Source: Silvanigrellaceae bacterium
GTDB taxonomy: Bacteria > Bdellovibrionota_B > Oligoflexia > Silvanigrellales > Silvanigrellaceae
DNA: 41,845 bases
Direction: 5' to 3'
NCBI GenBank assembly: GCA_049423385.1
Contig: JBMSQQ010000021.1
Span: forward strand, 1 to 41,845
This document shows, in pieces, positions 17,558-25,792 of the stretch (positions within the stretch are counted from its first letter, which is position 1; each line of letters opens with the position of its first letter). Made by a program: the position numbers and the translations under genes. The notes under the pieces are model-generated. The model saw nothing but the letters and a program-made list of their open reading frames with translations, ran no database searches and was not told the origin of the DNA.

Positions 17558-18556
17558 TCAAACAAGAGCATTTTCACCGCTGGTTGCAATCACAATCTTG
17601 CCTTCATCAGCCAATCTGCGGGCAATTTGCACGATTCCCTGTTGTGCAGCTTCCACATCGGTCAATTTTGCCGGGCCGGCATTGGCAAGTTCTTCACGCA
17701 GGGTTTCAGCTGCACGCTGCGACATGTTCTTGAACAACAATTCCTTGATGCCTTCAGATGCAGTCTTCATCGCCAGCTTGAGCTGTTCCATCTTGACTTC
17801 GCGCATGATGCCCTGAATTCCGCGGTCATCAATCTTGATGAGGTCTTCGAACGTGAACATCTTGCGACGGATTTCCTCGGTGAGGTCGGGGTCCCGCTCC
17901 TCAAGTCGATCAAGGATTGTTTCTTCCGTGGCTTTGTCCATCATGTTCAACATTTCCACGATAGGTGTCACGCCACCGATCTGCTGCTGGGTGACGTTAC
18001 CCATCCTTTGCACTTCACCTCGCAGGACGTCATCGATTTCATCGATGAGTTCAGGCGAAACGGCCTCGAGCTTGGAAATTCTCAAAATCAACTCGGTGTG
18101 AAGGCTCTCGGGCAACATCTTGAGAGTCTCACCAAACTTCTTTGGTTCGAGATGCGCAAGCACAAGAGCAATGGTCTGCGGATGTTCGTTGCGCAGAATA
18201 TTGGAGAGCATCTTTGCATCAATCAACTCAAGCGACTCCAGAGTCGCTGCTGTTTCAAGTGCAAGGTCTTCAATGTATGAATTTGCCTGACCATCACGGA
18301 ATGCGGTTTCGAGAAGTTTCTTGGTGAATTCGTTGCCGCCAAAGAAGTATTTTTTGTTGCTCTGCAGGACGTGATAAAATTCTTCCATCACCTCGTCGAT
18401 GGTTTCGCCATCCACGCGCCCCAGTCTGCTCATTGCACTACCGACGCGCTTGATTTCAAACTCATTCATCTGTTTGAAAATTTCGGCAGAAATTTCTTCG
18501 CCGAATGCGAGCAGCAAAATGGCCGCCTTCTGTGGTCCGGTGTACTTGGTCGCCAC
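17558..18556 (-). CDS. fliG: Flagellar motor switch protein FliG
   Basis: GPQKAAILLL, EHPQTIALVL, IGGV, MFTFEDL..IDDR.IQ, NMSQRAA, DVE.AQ..IV; GTG start after GGGAGG. Confidence 0.97.
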   Translation of the reverse strand: MATKYTGPQKAAILLLAFGEEISAEIFKQMNEFEIKRVGSAMSRLGRVDGETIDEVMEEFYHVLQSNKKYFFGGNEFTKKLLETAFRDGQANSYIEDLALETAATLESLELIDAKMLSNILRNEHPQTIALVLAHLEPKKFGETLKMLPESLHTELILRISKLEAVSPELIDEIDDVLRGEVQRMGNVTQQQIGGVTPIVEMLNMMDKATEETILDRLEERDPDLTEEIRRKMFTFEDLIKIDDRGIQGIMREVKMEQLKLAMKTASEGIKELLFKNMSQRAAETLREELANAGPAKLTDVEAAQQGIVQIARRLADEGKIVIATSGENALV

Positions 18557-18742
18557 GCCCGAGCTCCCTCCCTGCAGGCATGACTTCGTCCGGCATGCCT
18601 CTGCTGATCCTTGTTCAGGATACGCAGAGCGTCAGGCGCAGCACCCGGCAACCATGGTCACACGTGTCATTTTTATTTACGGCAACCCACACCCCAAAGA
18701 AGTTGCCGAAATTAATGAAATTTCAGAAAAAATCCTTTCTCT

Positions 18743-18770
18743 TGCGGCACTTGACCCTCTGGAGTATGAC
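18743..18770 (+). promoter_or_regulatory. Candidate sigma70 promoter for 18805..19056 and trhO
   Basis: TTGCGG-N17-TATGAC about 35 nt upstream of the ATG (coordinates +/-1). Confidence 0.4.
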
Positions 18771-18804
18771 CCCCCCGTCAACCTTTTAGGCAAGGAGTGC
18801 AGCA

Positions 18805-19056
18805 ATGACCTTCAATTCTTCGGCAGTTTCCCTCGAGTGGAAGATGAACAACATGATCCTCAAGCGCGGAGCAAGCGTTTTGATGATTGAAGCAGCCAAC
18901 GTTCAGGTTCTCAGAACCCTGAAGGAAAAAAACGAGTTCAACGAATTCTTCAAGACCAAGGCACTCGTGAACCGCGAAGCCCGCCGTGTTTTCGAAGCCT
19001 GGGAACGCAAGGACAAGGACCTTCTCGAAAAGCTCTTCGGCGAAATGAACGCCTGA
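18805..19056 (+). CDS. Small hypothetical protein (83 aa)
   Basis: AAGGAG RBS 7 nt before the ATG; globular-looking composition; followed by a hairpin at 19066-19082. Confidence 0.75.
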   Translation: MTFNSSAVSLEWKMNNMILKRGASVLMIEAANVQVLRTLKEKNEFNEFFKTKALVNREARRVFEAWERKDKDLLEKLFGEMNA

Positions 19057-19135
19057 GTGTTCACACCGGCATTTTTTGCCGGGTGACTGCTTTTCCAATC
19101 CGACTCGGCAGGGCTCAGTTCAGCGGAGATGGCCA

Positions 19136-20125
19136 ATGGCAACGTTCCACAATCTCGCCTTCTATAAGTTCGTTCGCATTGAAGACGTGGCAGCGACAGC
19201 GGCAACCTTCAAGGGGTTGGTCGACAGCCTCGACATGAAGGGCACGTTGATTTTTGCAGAAGAAGGTTTGAATGGCTACGTTGCCGCCAGCCCTGAATCG
19301 TCAGAGAAATTCATCGCCCACTGCAGAAGTGATTCCCGCTTTGCAGATGTGGAATTCAAGCTTTCCATCAGCGATTTTCAACCCTACAGCAGAATGCTGG
19401 TGAAGCAGAAAAAAGAAATCGTGACCATGGGGCGCAGCGGAATCGACCCAGCCCACTTCACCGGCAAACACGTCGACGGAGAAACCCTCAAAAAATGGCT
19501 CGACAACGGTGACGAGGTGATTCTTCTCGACACCCGCAACGATTACGAGACCAAACTTGGGACTTTCAAGAACGCAATTGTTCCCGACATCAAGACTTTC
19601 CGGACCTTTCCGGGCTGGGTCGAGGACAATTTCATGCAAAACAAAAACAAGCGGGTCGTCACATTCTGCACCGGCGGAATTCGTTGCGAGAAGGCCACTG
19701 CTTATATGCGTCAGGTTGGTTTCGACGAGGTGTATCAAATCCAGGGCGGCATCCTGAAGTACTTCGAACAAACACAAAGAATGGGTGGAGAGAACCACTA
19801 CGATGGTGATTGCTTTGTGTTTGACCATCGGGTGGCCGTGAATGGCAACCTCAAGAAGACCGAACACGACATGTGTTACGTCTGCTGGGCAACCCTGAGC
19901 CCCGAAGACAAACTCAGCCCACTCTACAAATCAAACGAACATTGCCCGCACTGTGCCGATGACACATTGCTCAAGCAGGCCGAACGGAAGCGCAAGGCCA
20001 TTGAAACCAATCAGCGTGCGCTTGAGAAACGCTTTGAGAGGGCCAAGCAGATGCGTGCGCAATGGCAGGGCAAAAGTCATGCGACGAACGCAGAAGGCGA
20101 AGCAACCCACTCCACAAACAACTGA
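19136..20125 (+). CDS. trhO: tRNA U34 hydroxylase TrhO/YceA family (rhodanese-related)
   Basis: FYKFV, GTL..A.EG.NG, VK.KKEIV, LDTRNDYE..GTF..A, FCTGGIRCEKA, GGILKY, CFVFD.RV, C..C...C..C; ATG 19136 follows GGAG. Confidence 0.92.
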   Translation: MATFHNLAFYKFVRIEDVAATAATFKGLVDSLDMKGTLIFAEEGLNGYVAASPESSEKFIAHCRSDSRFADVEFKLSISDFQPYSRMLVKQKKEIVTMGRSGIDPAHFTGKHVDGETLKKWLDNGDEVILLDTRNDYETKLGTFKNAIVPDIKTFRTFPGWVEDNFMQNKNKRVVTFCTGGIRCEKATAYMRQVGFDEVYQIQGGILKYFEQTQRMGGENHYDGDCFVFDHRVAVNGNLKKTEHDMCYVCWATLSPEDKLSPLYKSNEHCPHCADDTLLKQAERKRKAIETNQRALEKRFERAKQMRAQWQGKSHATNAEGEATHSTNN

Positions 20126-20150
20126 TATTTCCTGCCTCCTGGAGCACACT

Positions 20151-22061
20151 TCAAGGAAAAGAGCTGCTGGCAATTCCACTGCCTTTTCCGGTGGCAGAAC
20201 CTCCCGCAGAAGTCCCCGAAGAAACCGGCTCAGAGCCTTTGATGCCTCTTGAGCGCAGGAAACAGGCGTCCATGCGAACGGGATCGACTTCCATGCAACC
20301 GCTCGTCACAACATAATCTCCAACGACTGGCTGCAAACTCGAAAAGTCGAAAAACTGCAAAATTTCAATTTCCTTGATTCCACGTTGAAACGCGTCGCGT
20401 GTGATGAACCCACCCTTTTTTTGCAAACTGAACCAGTCCGACGAAAACGGCGTGGTGGCCAACAACACGGAAAGTACTCCGGGTTCGATCTGCAGTTCTT
20501 CCAGAAGATTTGAGCTCGTCAGTCGACCATTGTAGAGACGGAATGCATCATTCACGGGATCTTCCTTCCCGGGTTCAATTCCGAGCAAACCCAGTGCCGA
20601 GAAATATTTCTTGTTGTCTGAATCAATGAGATTGAGAAACTCCGCTTCGGGGCGATAAATTGAGCGGATCCTTTCGAGCTGCTCCGAAGAAAACAGGTTT
20701 TGGTTCTGCAGCGCAAAATCAAGAACTTCATCTTTCTTGTGAATCAAACCGGCGCCATGACAACTCATGCAGGAAACACCATTGACGATTGAAGTCACAA
20801 ATTGGCTCGGTGCTCCCTCCTGCTTGACGATATTTCTAGGACCCTTGTCAATGCTCGCTCCATTGGCATTTGCCAGATAGTAACCAAACAAACCATTGGG
20901 CAATTGATAGATCACTTCACCACCGTCATGGACGAATTCCCTGCCAAGGCCAACAACACCCACCGGACCCAGTGGGTTTTCAAAAATATTTCCACTGCCG
21001 GAATTGGATACAAAATCGTAACTGATCCAATAAGGCAGACCATTCGCCTGCACGTGCCGTTCGACAACCCGATTCTGGCTTGAAACACCCGAGTTCTGCA
21101 CCCCCGCCCGCTGAACCCGATTTGCTGACAAATCATCCGCAATGTTCAACCCCAACGTTGAGTCAAGATCAGCACGATTGTCCGGATGCTGCATGAATTC
21201 GGAATAGGGTCTTGGCAATGGAGCCGTGGCAGCAAACCAGTCCATGCGAATCACATGACAGTTGCTTTCCAGCCGCAGTTCATTGAGACGAATTGCAGAT
21301 TGCAGCGATGCGTTGCCTGATTGTGATTGACTGAGGGTTTTACAAAATGGATTGTAGCGCTGCACAACCGAATCAAACTGCTCCACACTCATGCCAATAT
21401 CCGGAATGGAGACAGCAAAAACGAGCTGGGCTTTGTCCACAGCCCGCGGGACAACGATTTTTGAACTCTTCGAAATGGAATTCAGAACCTTGAAAAAACC
21501 TTTGCGGAACGTCTGAAGTGTTTTGTCGTCTGCCGAGCTTTGGGCATGGAGGCTGAAATATCTTGTGTCACGGGCTCTCTGGGGAAACTTGATGCCGTCT
21601 ATATCCTTTGAGACGATCTCAATCAGTTTTTCAACCGGAAGAGCCTGCAACTTTTTGGCTGGCATCTTTTCGATCCACTCGACAATCAAAGAAAGATCTG
21701 TGGACGGGAGCTTCCCGCCAGGTGGCATGGTTCCATTCAACATTCTGCGGACAATTTCGGATGAGTCTGGTTTGCCCGGGACAATGTAGAATCCACCACT
21801 CACCATTGCCTGAATGTCGGTGATCAGTCCAAAATTCCCAGATTTCTGCTTCTCATTGTGACATCCTCCGCAGGATTTGTTCAAAATATCAGTGGCCTTT
21901 TTTTCCAATGCGTCGAAGGAGCCCGTTGCCGAGTTCTGACCTGCCGCGTTTTTAAGGATTCCGTTGCGCAGAACAATGTCTTTGCCCGGATCCCGTGTGC
22001 AACTTGAATGAAAAGCAATGACTGAGGCCAAGAAGGCCACATGCCCCAAACAATATTTCAT
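20151..22061 (-). CDS. Two-CxxCH c-type cytochrome lipoprotein (N-terminal planctomycete cytochrome c-like domain)
   Basis: Lipobox-like FHSSC; ILNKSCGGCH...IVPGKPDSS...MPP...LI.EWI; second heme motif SCMSCH; ATG 22061 follows GAGGA. Confidence 0.8.
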   Translation of the reverse strand: MKYCLGHVAFLASVIAFHSSCTRDPGKDIVLRNGILKNAAGQNSATGSFDALEKKATDILNKSCGGCHNEKQKSGNFGLITDIQAMVSGGFYIVPGKPDSSEIVRRMLNGTMPPGGKLPSTDLSLIVEWIEKMPAKKLQALPVEKLIEIVSKDIDGIKFPQRARDTRYFSLHAQSSADDKTLQTFRKGFFKVLNSISKSSKIVVPRAVDKAQLVFAVSIPDIGMSVEQFDSVVQRYNPFCKTLSQSQSGNASLQSAIRLNELRLESNCHVIRMDWFAATAPLPRPYSEFMQHPDNRADLDSTLGLNIADDLSANRVQRAGVQNSGVSSQNRVVERHVQANGLPYWISYDFVSNSGSGNIFENPLGPVGVVGLGREFVHDGGEVIYQLPNGLFGYYLANANGASIDKGPRNIVKQEGAPSQFVTSIVNGVSCMSCHGAGLIHKKDEVLDFALQNQNLFSSEQLERIRSIYRPEAEFLNLIDSDNKKYFSALGLLGIEPGKEDPVNDAFRLYNGRLTSSNLLEELQIEPGVLSVLLATTPFSSDWFSLQKKGGFITRDAFQRGIKEIEILQFFDFSSLQPVVGDYVVTSGCMEVDPVRMDACFLRSRGIKGSEPVSSGTSAGGSATGKGSGIASSSFP

Positions 22062-22085
22062 TTTGTTTCCTCGAGTATTCAATCC

Positions 22086-22113
22086 TTATCGACAAATTCG
22101 AGAAAAAAGTTGA
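22086..22113 (-). promoter_or_regulatory. Possible sigma28-like promoter for the cytochrome gene
   Basis: TCAACTTT-N12-GTCGATAA: -10 matches GCCGATAA at 7/8 positions, spacer 1 nt longer than consensus. Confidence 0.35.
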
Positions 22114-22456
22114 GCGGCAAGTACAAACCAACGTCTTCATGAGATTAATCATCAGCAGCAAATTTGAACAATTGACTCGGAGGTGTTGAGATCCTCGGGG
22201 ATTTTGCCGTGAATGACATGTCGGGCCATTGTAGCGTCAAGCCCAATTGAGGCCGATGGCACCGTTCGAGACACGGTCATCAATTCGACCGATTCTGCGA
22301 TCTATTATTCGGAACTCTTTTCCCTGAATGGAACTGGAATCTCATCGATCCGGTTCGCCATTATTTCCGGCAATCAAAAATGCAAGCAAGTGACGGACTT
22401 CCGCATTGATAAAATGCCCGTCGATACAGACTTGAAAGCGGTCCAGCATGGCAGAC

Positions 22457-23821
22457 TCAAGAACGAATGTGCAAACCCTTGGCATGGCAGAAGGCATAGA
22501 TTCCAAGCTTGGAGAGTGTTGAACCCACTCCAGAGTGGCCACGTCCCGACCACGGCAACCAGGCAGACACGCGGTCGCAGCAATTCAAGTAGCCCGTCCC
22601 GGTGTTGACCTGGGCAAGAATCTTTTTGCCGCGCTCCAGGTTGCGGCAGTACACGGATGAGGTGAGTCCGTAATCGGAATCATTCATCAGTTCCAATGCC
22701 TGCGCGTCATCCTTGACCTTCATGACCCCAACAATCGGACCGAAGGTTTCTTCACGCATCACGTCCATGTCATGGTTGGCATTGAGCAACAACGTGGGCG
22801 GATAGAAACTGCCTTTGCCTTCGTGGATTTTTCCACCCAAAACAAGCTTGGCACCCTTTTTGATTGCATCGTCCACCTGTGCCTGCAGGAACGCCAGGTG
22901 ATTATGACGGGTGATGGCTCCACACAATGTTGCCGCGTCCATCGGGTCACCCATTTTCCACGCCTGCATTTTTGCCTTGAGCTTCTCGACAAACGAATCA
23001 TGGATTTTCTCGTGAACGTAGACCCGCTCAACGGCACAGCAGCTTTGTCCGTTGTTGTACAAAACCCCTTCAGCAACTGCATCGGCAACAGCATCAAGAT
23101 CGCCGCACTCATCCGTCACATAAAGTGGATCCTTGCCACCCAGTTCCATGATCAGGCGGGTCATCCGGCCTGCGAGCGTCTCCGAAATCTTCTTGCCGGT
23201 CGCCCAGGAACCCGTGAAACCAACACAATCGAATGGCAACTGGAGCAGCTGCGCGCCTGCATCGCCTTGCCCAACAACAGCAACAAACACGTCGGCGGGT
23301 ACCCCTGCTTCGTGCAGCAGGCGTGTCAGATGCAGACCCGTGAGTGTCGAAAATTCGGATGGTTTGTAAACAACCGCATTTCCACACAGGAGTGCAGGAA
23401 GAAAGACATTGAAGCCGACAAGAATCGGGTAATTCCAGGCTGAAATATTGAGCACGACTCCCAGGGGATCAAACGCAAGAAACTCTTCCGTGTTGCCATC
23501 CTGGCGAACTTTCTGCGTTGAAACATGATTTTCAATTTCCTCGGTGAAGAATCGAATCTTGTTGAGGCTTCCGTTGACCTCGTTGCGTGCCTGCTGAAGC
23601 GGCTTGCCCATTTCGAGCGACATGTCTCGCGCCACAACTTCGATATCGCGCTTGAGAAGTTCACCAAACTTTTTCAGCAAGGCAACCCGTTCCGGAAGTG
23701 GACGTGCGGCCCATGCCTTTTGTGCATGCCGGGCGGCAGCAAATTTTTCGCGGATGGATACGGAATCATCGGCCTCGACCGTCTTGAACACTTCGCCAGT
23801 TGCAGGATTTGTAATCTTCAT
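22457..23821 (-). CDS. NAD(P)-dependent aldehyde dehydrogenase
   Basis: NPATGE, EMGKP, WNYP, KPSE, FTGS...GK, ELGGKDP, N.GQ.C..VER, EETFGP, YGLTSSV. Confidence 0.96.
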   Translation of the reverse strand: MKITNPATGEVFKTVEADDSVSIREKFAAARHAQKAWAARPLPERVALLKKFGELLKRDIEVVARDMSLEMGKPLQQARNEVNGSLNKIRFFTEEIENHVSTQKVRQDGNTEEFLAFDPLGVVLNISAWNYPILVGFNVFLPALLCGNAVVYKPSEFSTLTGLHLTRLLHEAGVPADVFVAVVGQGDAGAQLLQLPFDCVGFTGSWATGKKISETLAGRMTRLIMELGGKDPLYVTDECGDLDAVADAVAEGVLYNNGQSCCAVERVYVHEKIHDSFVEKLKAKMQAWKMGDPMDAATLCGAITRHNHLAFLQAQVDDAIKKGAKLVLGGKIHEGKGSFYPPTLLLNANHDMDVMREETFGPIVGVMKVKDDAQALELMNDSDYGLTSSVYCRNLERGKKILAQVNTGTGYLNCCDRVSAWLPWSGRGHSGVGSTLSKLGIYAFCHAKGLHIRS

Positions 23822-23842
23822 GGTGTCTCCCAAAAATTCTTC

Positions 23843-24616
23843 TCAACCTTTTTTGTTCAAACTTGCACGAATGCTTCTTGCCACGGAAAGAAAATCTTCG
23901 ATGATGGGATCCGGGTCGTCGACCACACCCTGGAGTGTCGGAGAAAACTCGGGATGCCATTGAACACCGGCAACCCAACGACCCGAGCCATCCTGCAAGG
24001 TGAATGCTTCAATGATATTGTCCACGGTGCTGTGGGCCTCAACCTGCAACCCCCTGCCAACCGTCTTGACGCACTGGTGATGAACCGAATTCACCACAAG
24101 TTCACTCTTTTTGTAGAGCCCGGACAGCCAACCATTGGCCTGCAGGGTCACCTGATGGTGCACCCGGTCGTAGGTTTGCGCGTTGCGGTGTTCGATCGGA
24201 GTTTGCAACAATGAGGGAATGTCCTGGTGAAGGGTTCCCCCAAAGTAACTATTCAGCAGTTGAAAACCGCGGCAGATCCCCAGGATGGGCAAACCTTTTT
24301 TGAAGAAATAATCAGCCAGTGCGAGTTCATAGACATCACGCTTCCTGTCTCCAGGCCAACGGCTTTGATCCAGGTATGGTTCACCGTAGGTCTCGGGACA
24401 CAAGTCGGCTCCACCCTGAAAAACAATGCCGTCGAGCTGATCGAGGATTGGCATCAGGCGGTGCGCCGGCAGATCGGGAATCAGCACCGGAAACACACCA
24501 TCCCGAGCAACATAGCGTGCCATGTCGTTTTCAACGTAAGTCAGGCTCTTGTGCCCGAACACGACCCGGTTCGGGTCTGGGTACATGAAACAGGCACTCA
24601 AGCCAATTTTCAACAT
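23843..24616 (-). CDS. Gamma-glutamyl-gamma-aminobutyrate hydrolase family (PuuD-like, peptidase C26)
   Basis: GGAD..P..YG, RD.YE, PILGICRG.QL.N...GGTL.QD, VNS.HHQ, GVQWHPE. Confidence 0.93.
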   Translation of the reverse strand: MLKIGLSACFMYPDPNRVVFGHKSLTYVENDMARYVARDGVFPVLIPDLPAHRLMPILDQLDGIVFQGGADLCPETYGEPYLDQSRWPGDRKRDVYELALADYFFKKGLPILGICRGFQLLNSYFGGTLHQDIPSLLQTPIEHRNAQTYDRVHHQVTLQANGWLSGLYKKSELVVNSVHHQCVKTVGRGLQVEAHSTVDNIIEAFTLQDGSGRWVAGVQWHPEFSPTLQGVVDDPDPIIEDFLSVARSIRASLNKKG

Positions 24617-24634
24617 GTCTGCCTCCGCTCCTGT

Positions 24635-25777
24635 TTAGAGCTGGAACGCTTTTTTGAAGATGGATTCAAAATCCGCGCGGCTCACCGTCTTTGGGTTGCA
24701 CTGATGACAAACATCATCAATTGCCAAATCGGAGAGTTGCTGAATCTTGCCTGCATCCAGCTTCATTTCCTTGAGAGTCGAAGGAATTGAAAGTTCAGAG
24801 TTCAAGCCTCGCACCCATTGGATAAAATTGCCGGTGCCGACAATTTTTTCGAGATAACGATACCTGTCGGCAGACACGTCCTGATTGAACTCCAAACCGT
24901 AAGGCATCATCACCGCGTTGGCGAGACCATGATGCGTGTCGAAAACAGTCGAAAGTGGATGTGCCATCGAATGGACAATGCCGAGCCCTTTCTGGAATGC
25001 CACGGCACCCATCAACGAAGCGATCATCATCTTGCCGCGAGCCTCCAAATCCTGTGGCTTTTTGGTTGCCGTGACAATAGATTCAGAGATCAAGCGAATG
25101 GCTTCAACAGCAATGCCATCGCACAAAGGTGAAACACCTTTTGACAAGAATGCCTCAACGTTGTGTGTGAGGGCGTCCATGCCGGTGGCGGCTGTCACAC
25201 CCGCAGGCAAATCAACCGTGAGTGCCGGGTCGGCAAACACCCGGTTGGCAATCAAGCGGGGAGAGAACAAAATCCTTTTCTTGTGAGAGGTGTTTTCAGC
25301 GATCACCGTACTGCGCCCAACTTCACTTCCAGTTCCGCTGGTCGTTGGGACGGTCACGAAGGGTGGAACTTTTTCAGTGACGTATTTGTCTCCACCCAGT
25401 GCGTCGTCATAATCAAAAAGAGGACGACCATGAAATGCCTTCAGGACAATGGCACGCGCCACGTCCAGACTCGCGCCACCGCCAAGGCCAATCACGCCAT
25501 CACATTTTTCTTTTTGAAAATGCTCAACACCCGACAATACATCCGATTCAACAGGGTTCTTTGAAATTCCGGAATACACGGTGGGTGACAAATGATTCTT
25601 TTCAAGGTCTGCAATGATTTTCTTGAAGAATGGCAGTTGCGTCACAGCCTTGTCGGAAACGATCAGTGGGCGCTTCCAGCCCTGGGCCTGCAGGTAAGCA
25701 GGCAATTCATCGATCACCCCGACGCCGAAGCGAATGGGAGTTGGAAAATTGTAATTGTATCTGTTCATCCAGCTCAT
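24635..25777 (-). CDS. Iron-containing alcohol dehydrogenase
   Basis: GLGGGASLD.A, VPTTSGTGSE, DP.LT..LP..VTAATGMDALTH..E, G..HSMAH, HGLANA. Confidence 0.95.
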   Translation of the reverse strand: MSWMNRYNYNFPTPIRFGVGVIDELPAYLQAQGWKRPLIVSDKAVTQLPFFKKIIADLEKNHLSPTVYSGISKNPVESDVLSGVEHFQKEKCDGVIGLGGGASLDVARAIVLKAFHGRPLFDYDDALGGDKYVTEKVPPFVTVPTTSGTGSEVGRSTVIAENTSHKKRILFSPRLIANRVFADPALTVDLPAGVTAATGMDALTHNVEAFLSKGVSPLCDGIAVEAIRLISESIVTATKKPQDLEARGKMMIASLMGAVAFQKGLGIVHSMAHPLSTVFDTHHGLANAVMMPYGLEFNQDVSADRYRYLEKIVGTGNFIQWVRGLNSELSIPSTLKEMKLDAGKIQQLSDLAIDDVCHQCNPKTVSRADFESIFKKAFQL

Positions 25778-25792
25778 GCGTCGACTCCTTCG

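Noticed and set aside
15473..18280. Long antisense ORFs opposite fliI and fliG (similarly 36037..36822, 38867..39679, 40451..41509)
   Set aside because: Shadow frames of conserved genes with no motifs or RBS support.
18744..18770. CIRCE-like element (GCGGCACTT-N9-GAGTATGAC)
   Set aside because: Only about 5/9 match per arm, no adjacent chaperone gene, and better explained as a sigma70 promoter.
22116..22131. Sigma54-like TTGGTTTGTACTTGCC upstream of the cytochrome gene
   Set aside because: GG-GC spacing is 9 nt rather than the strict 10.
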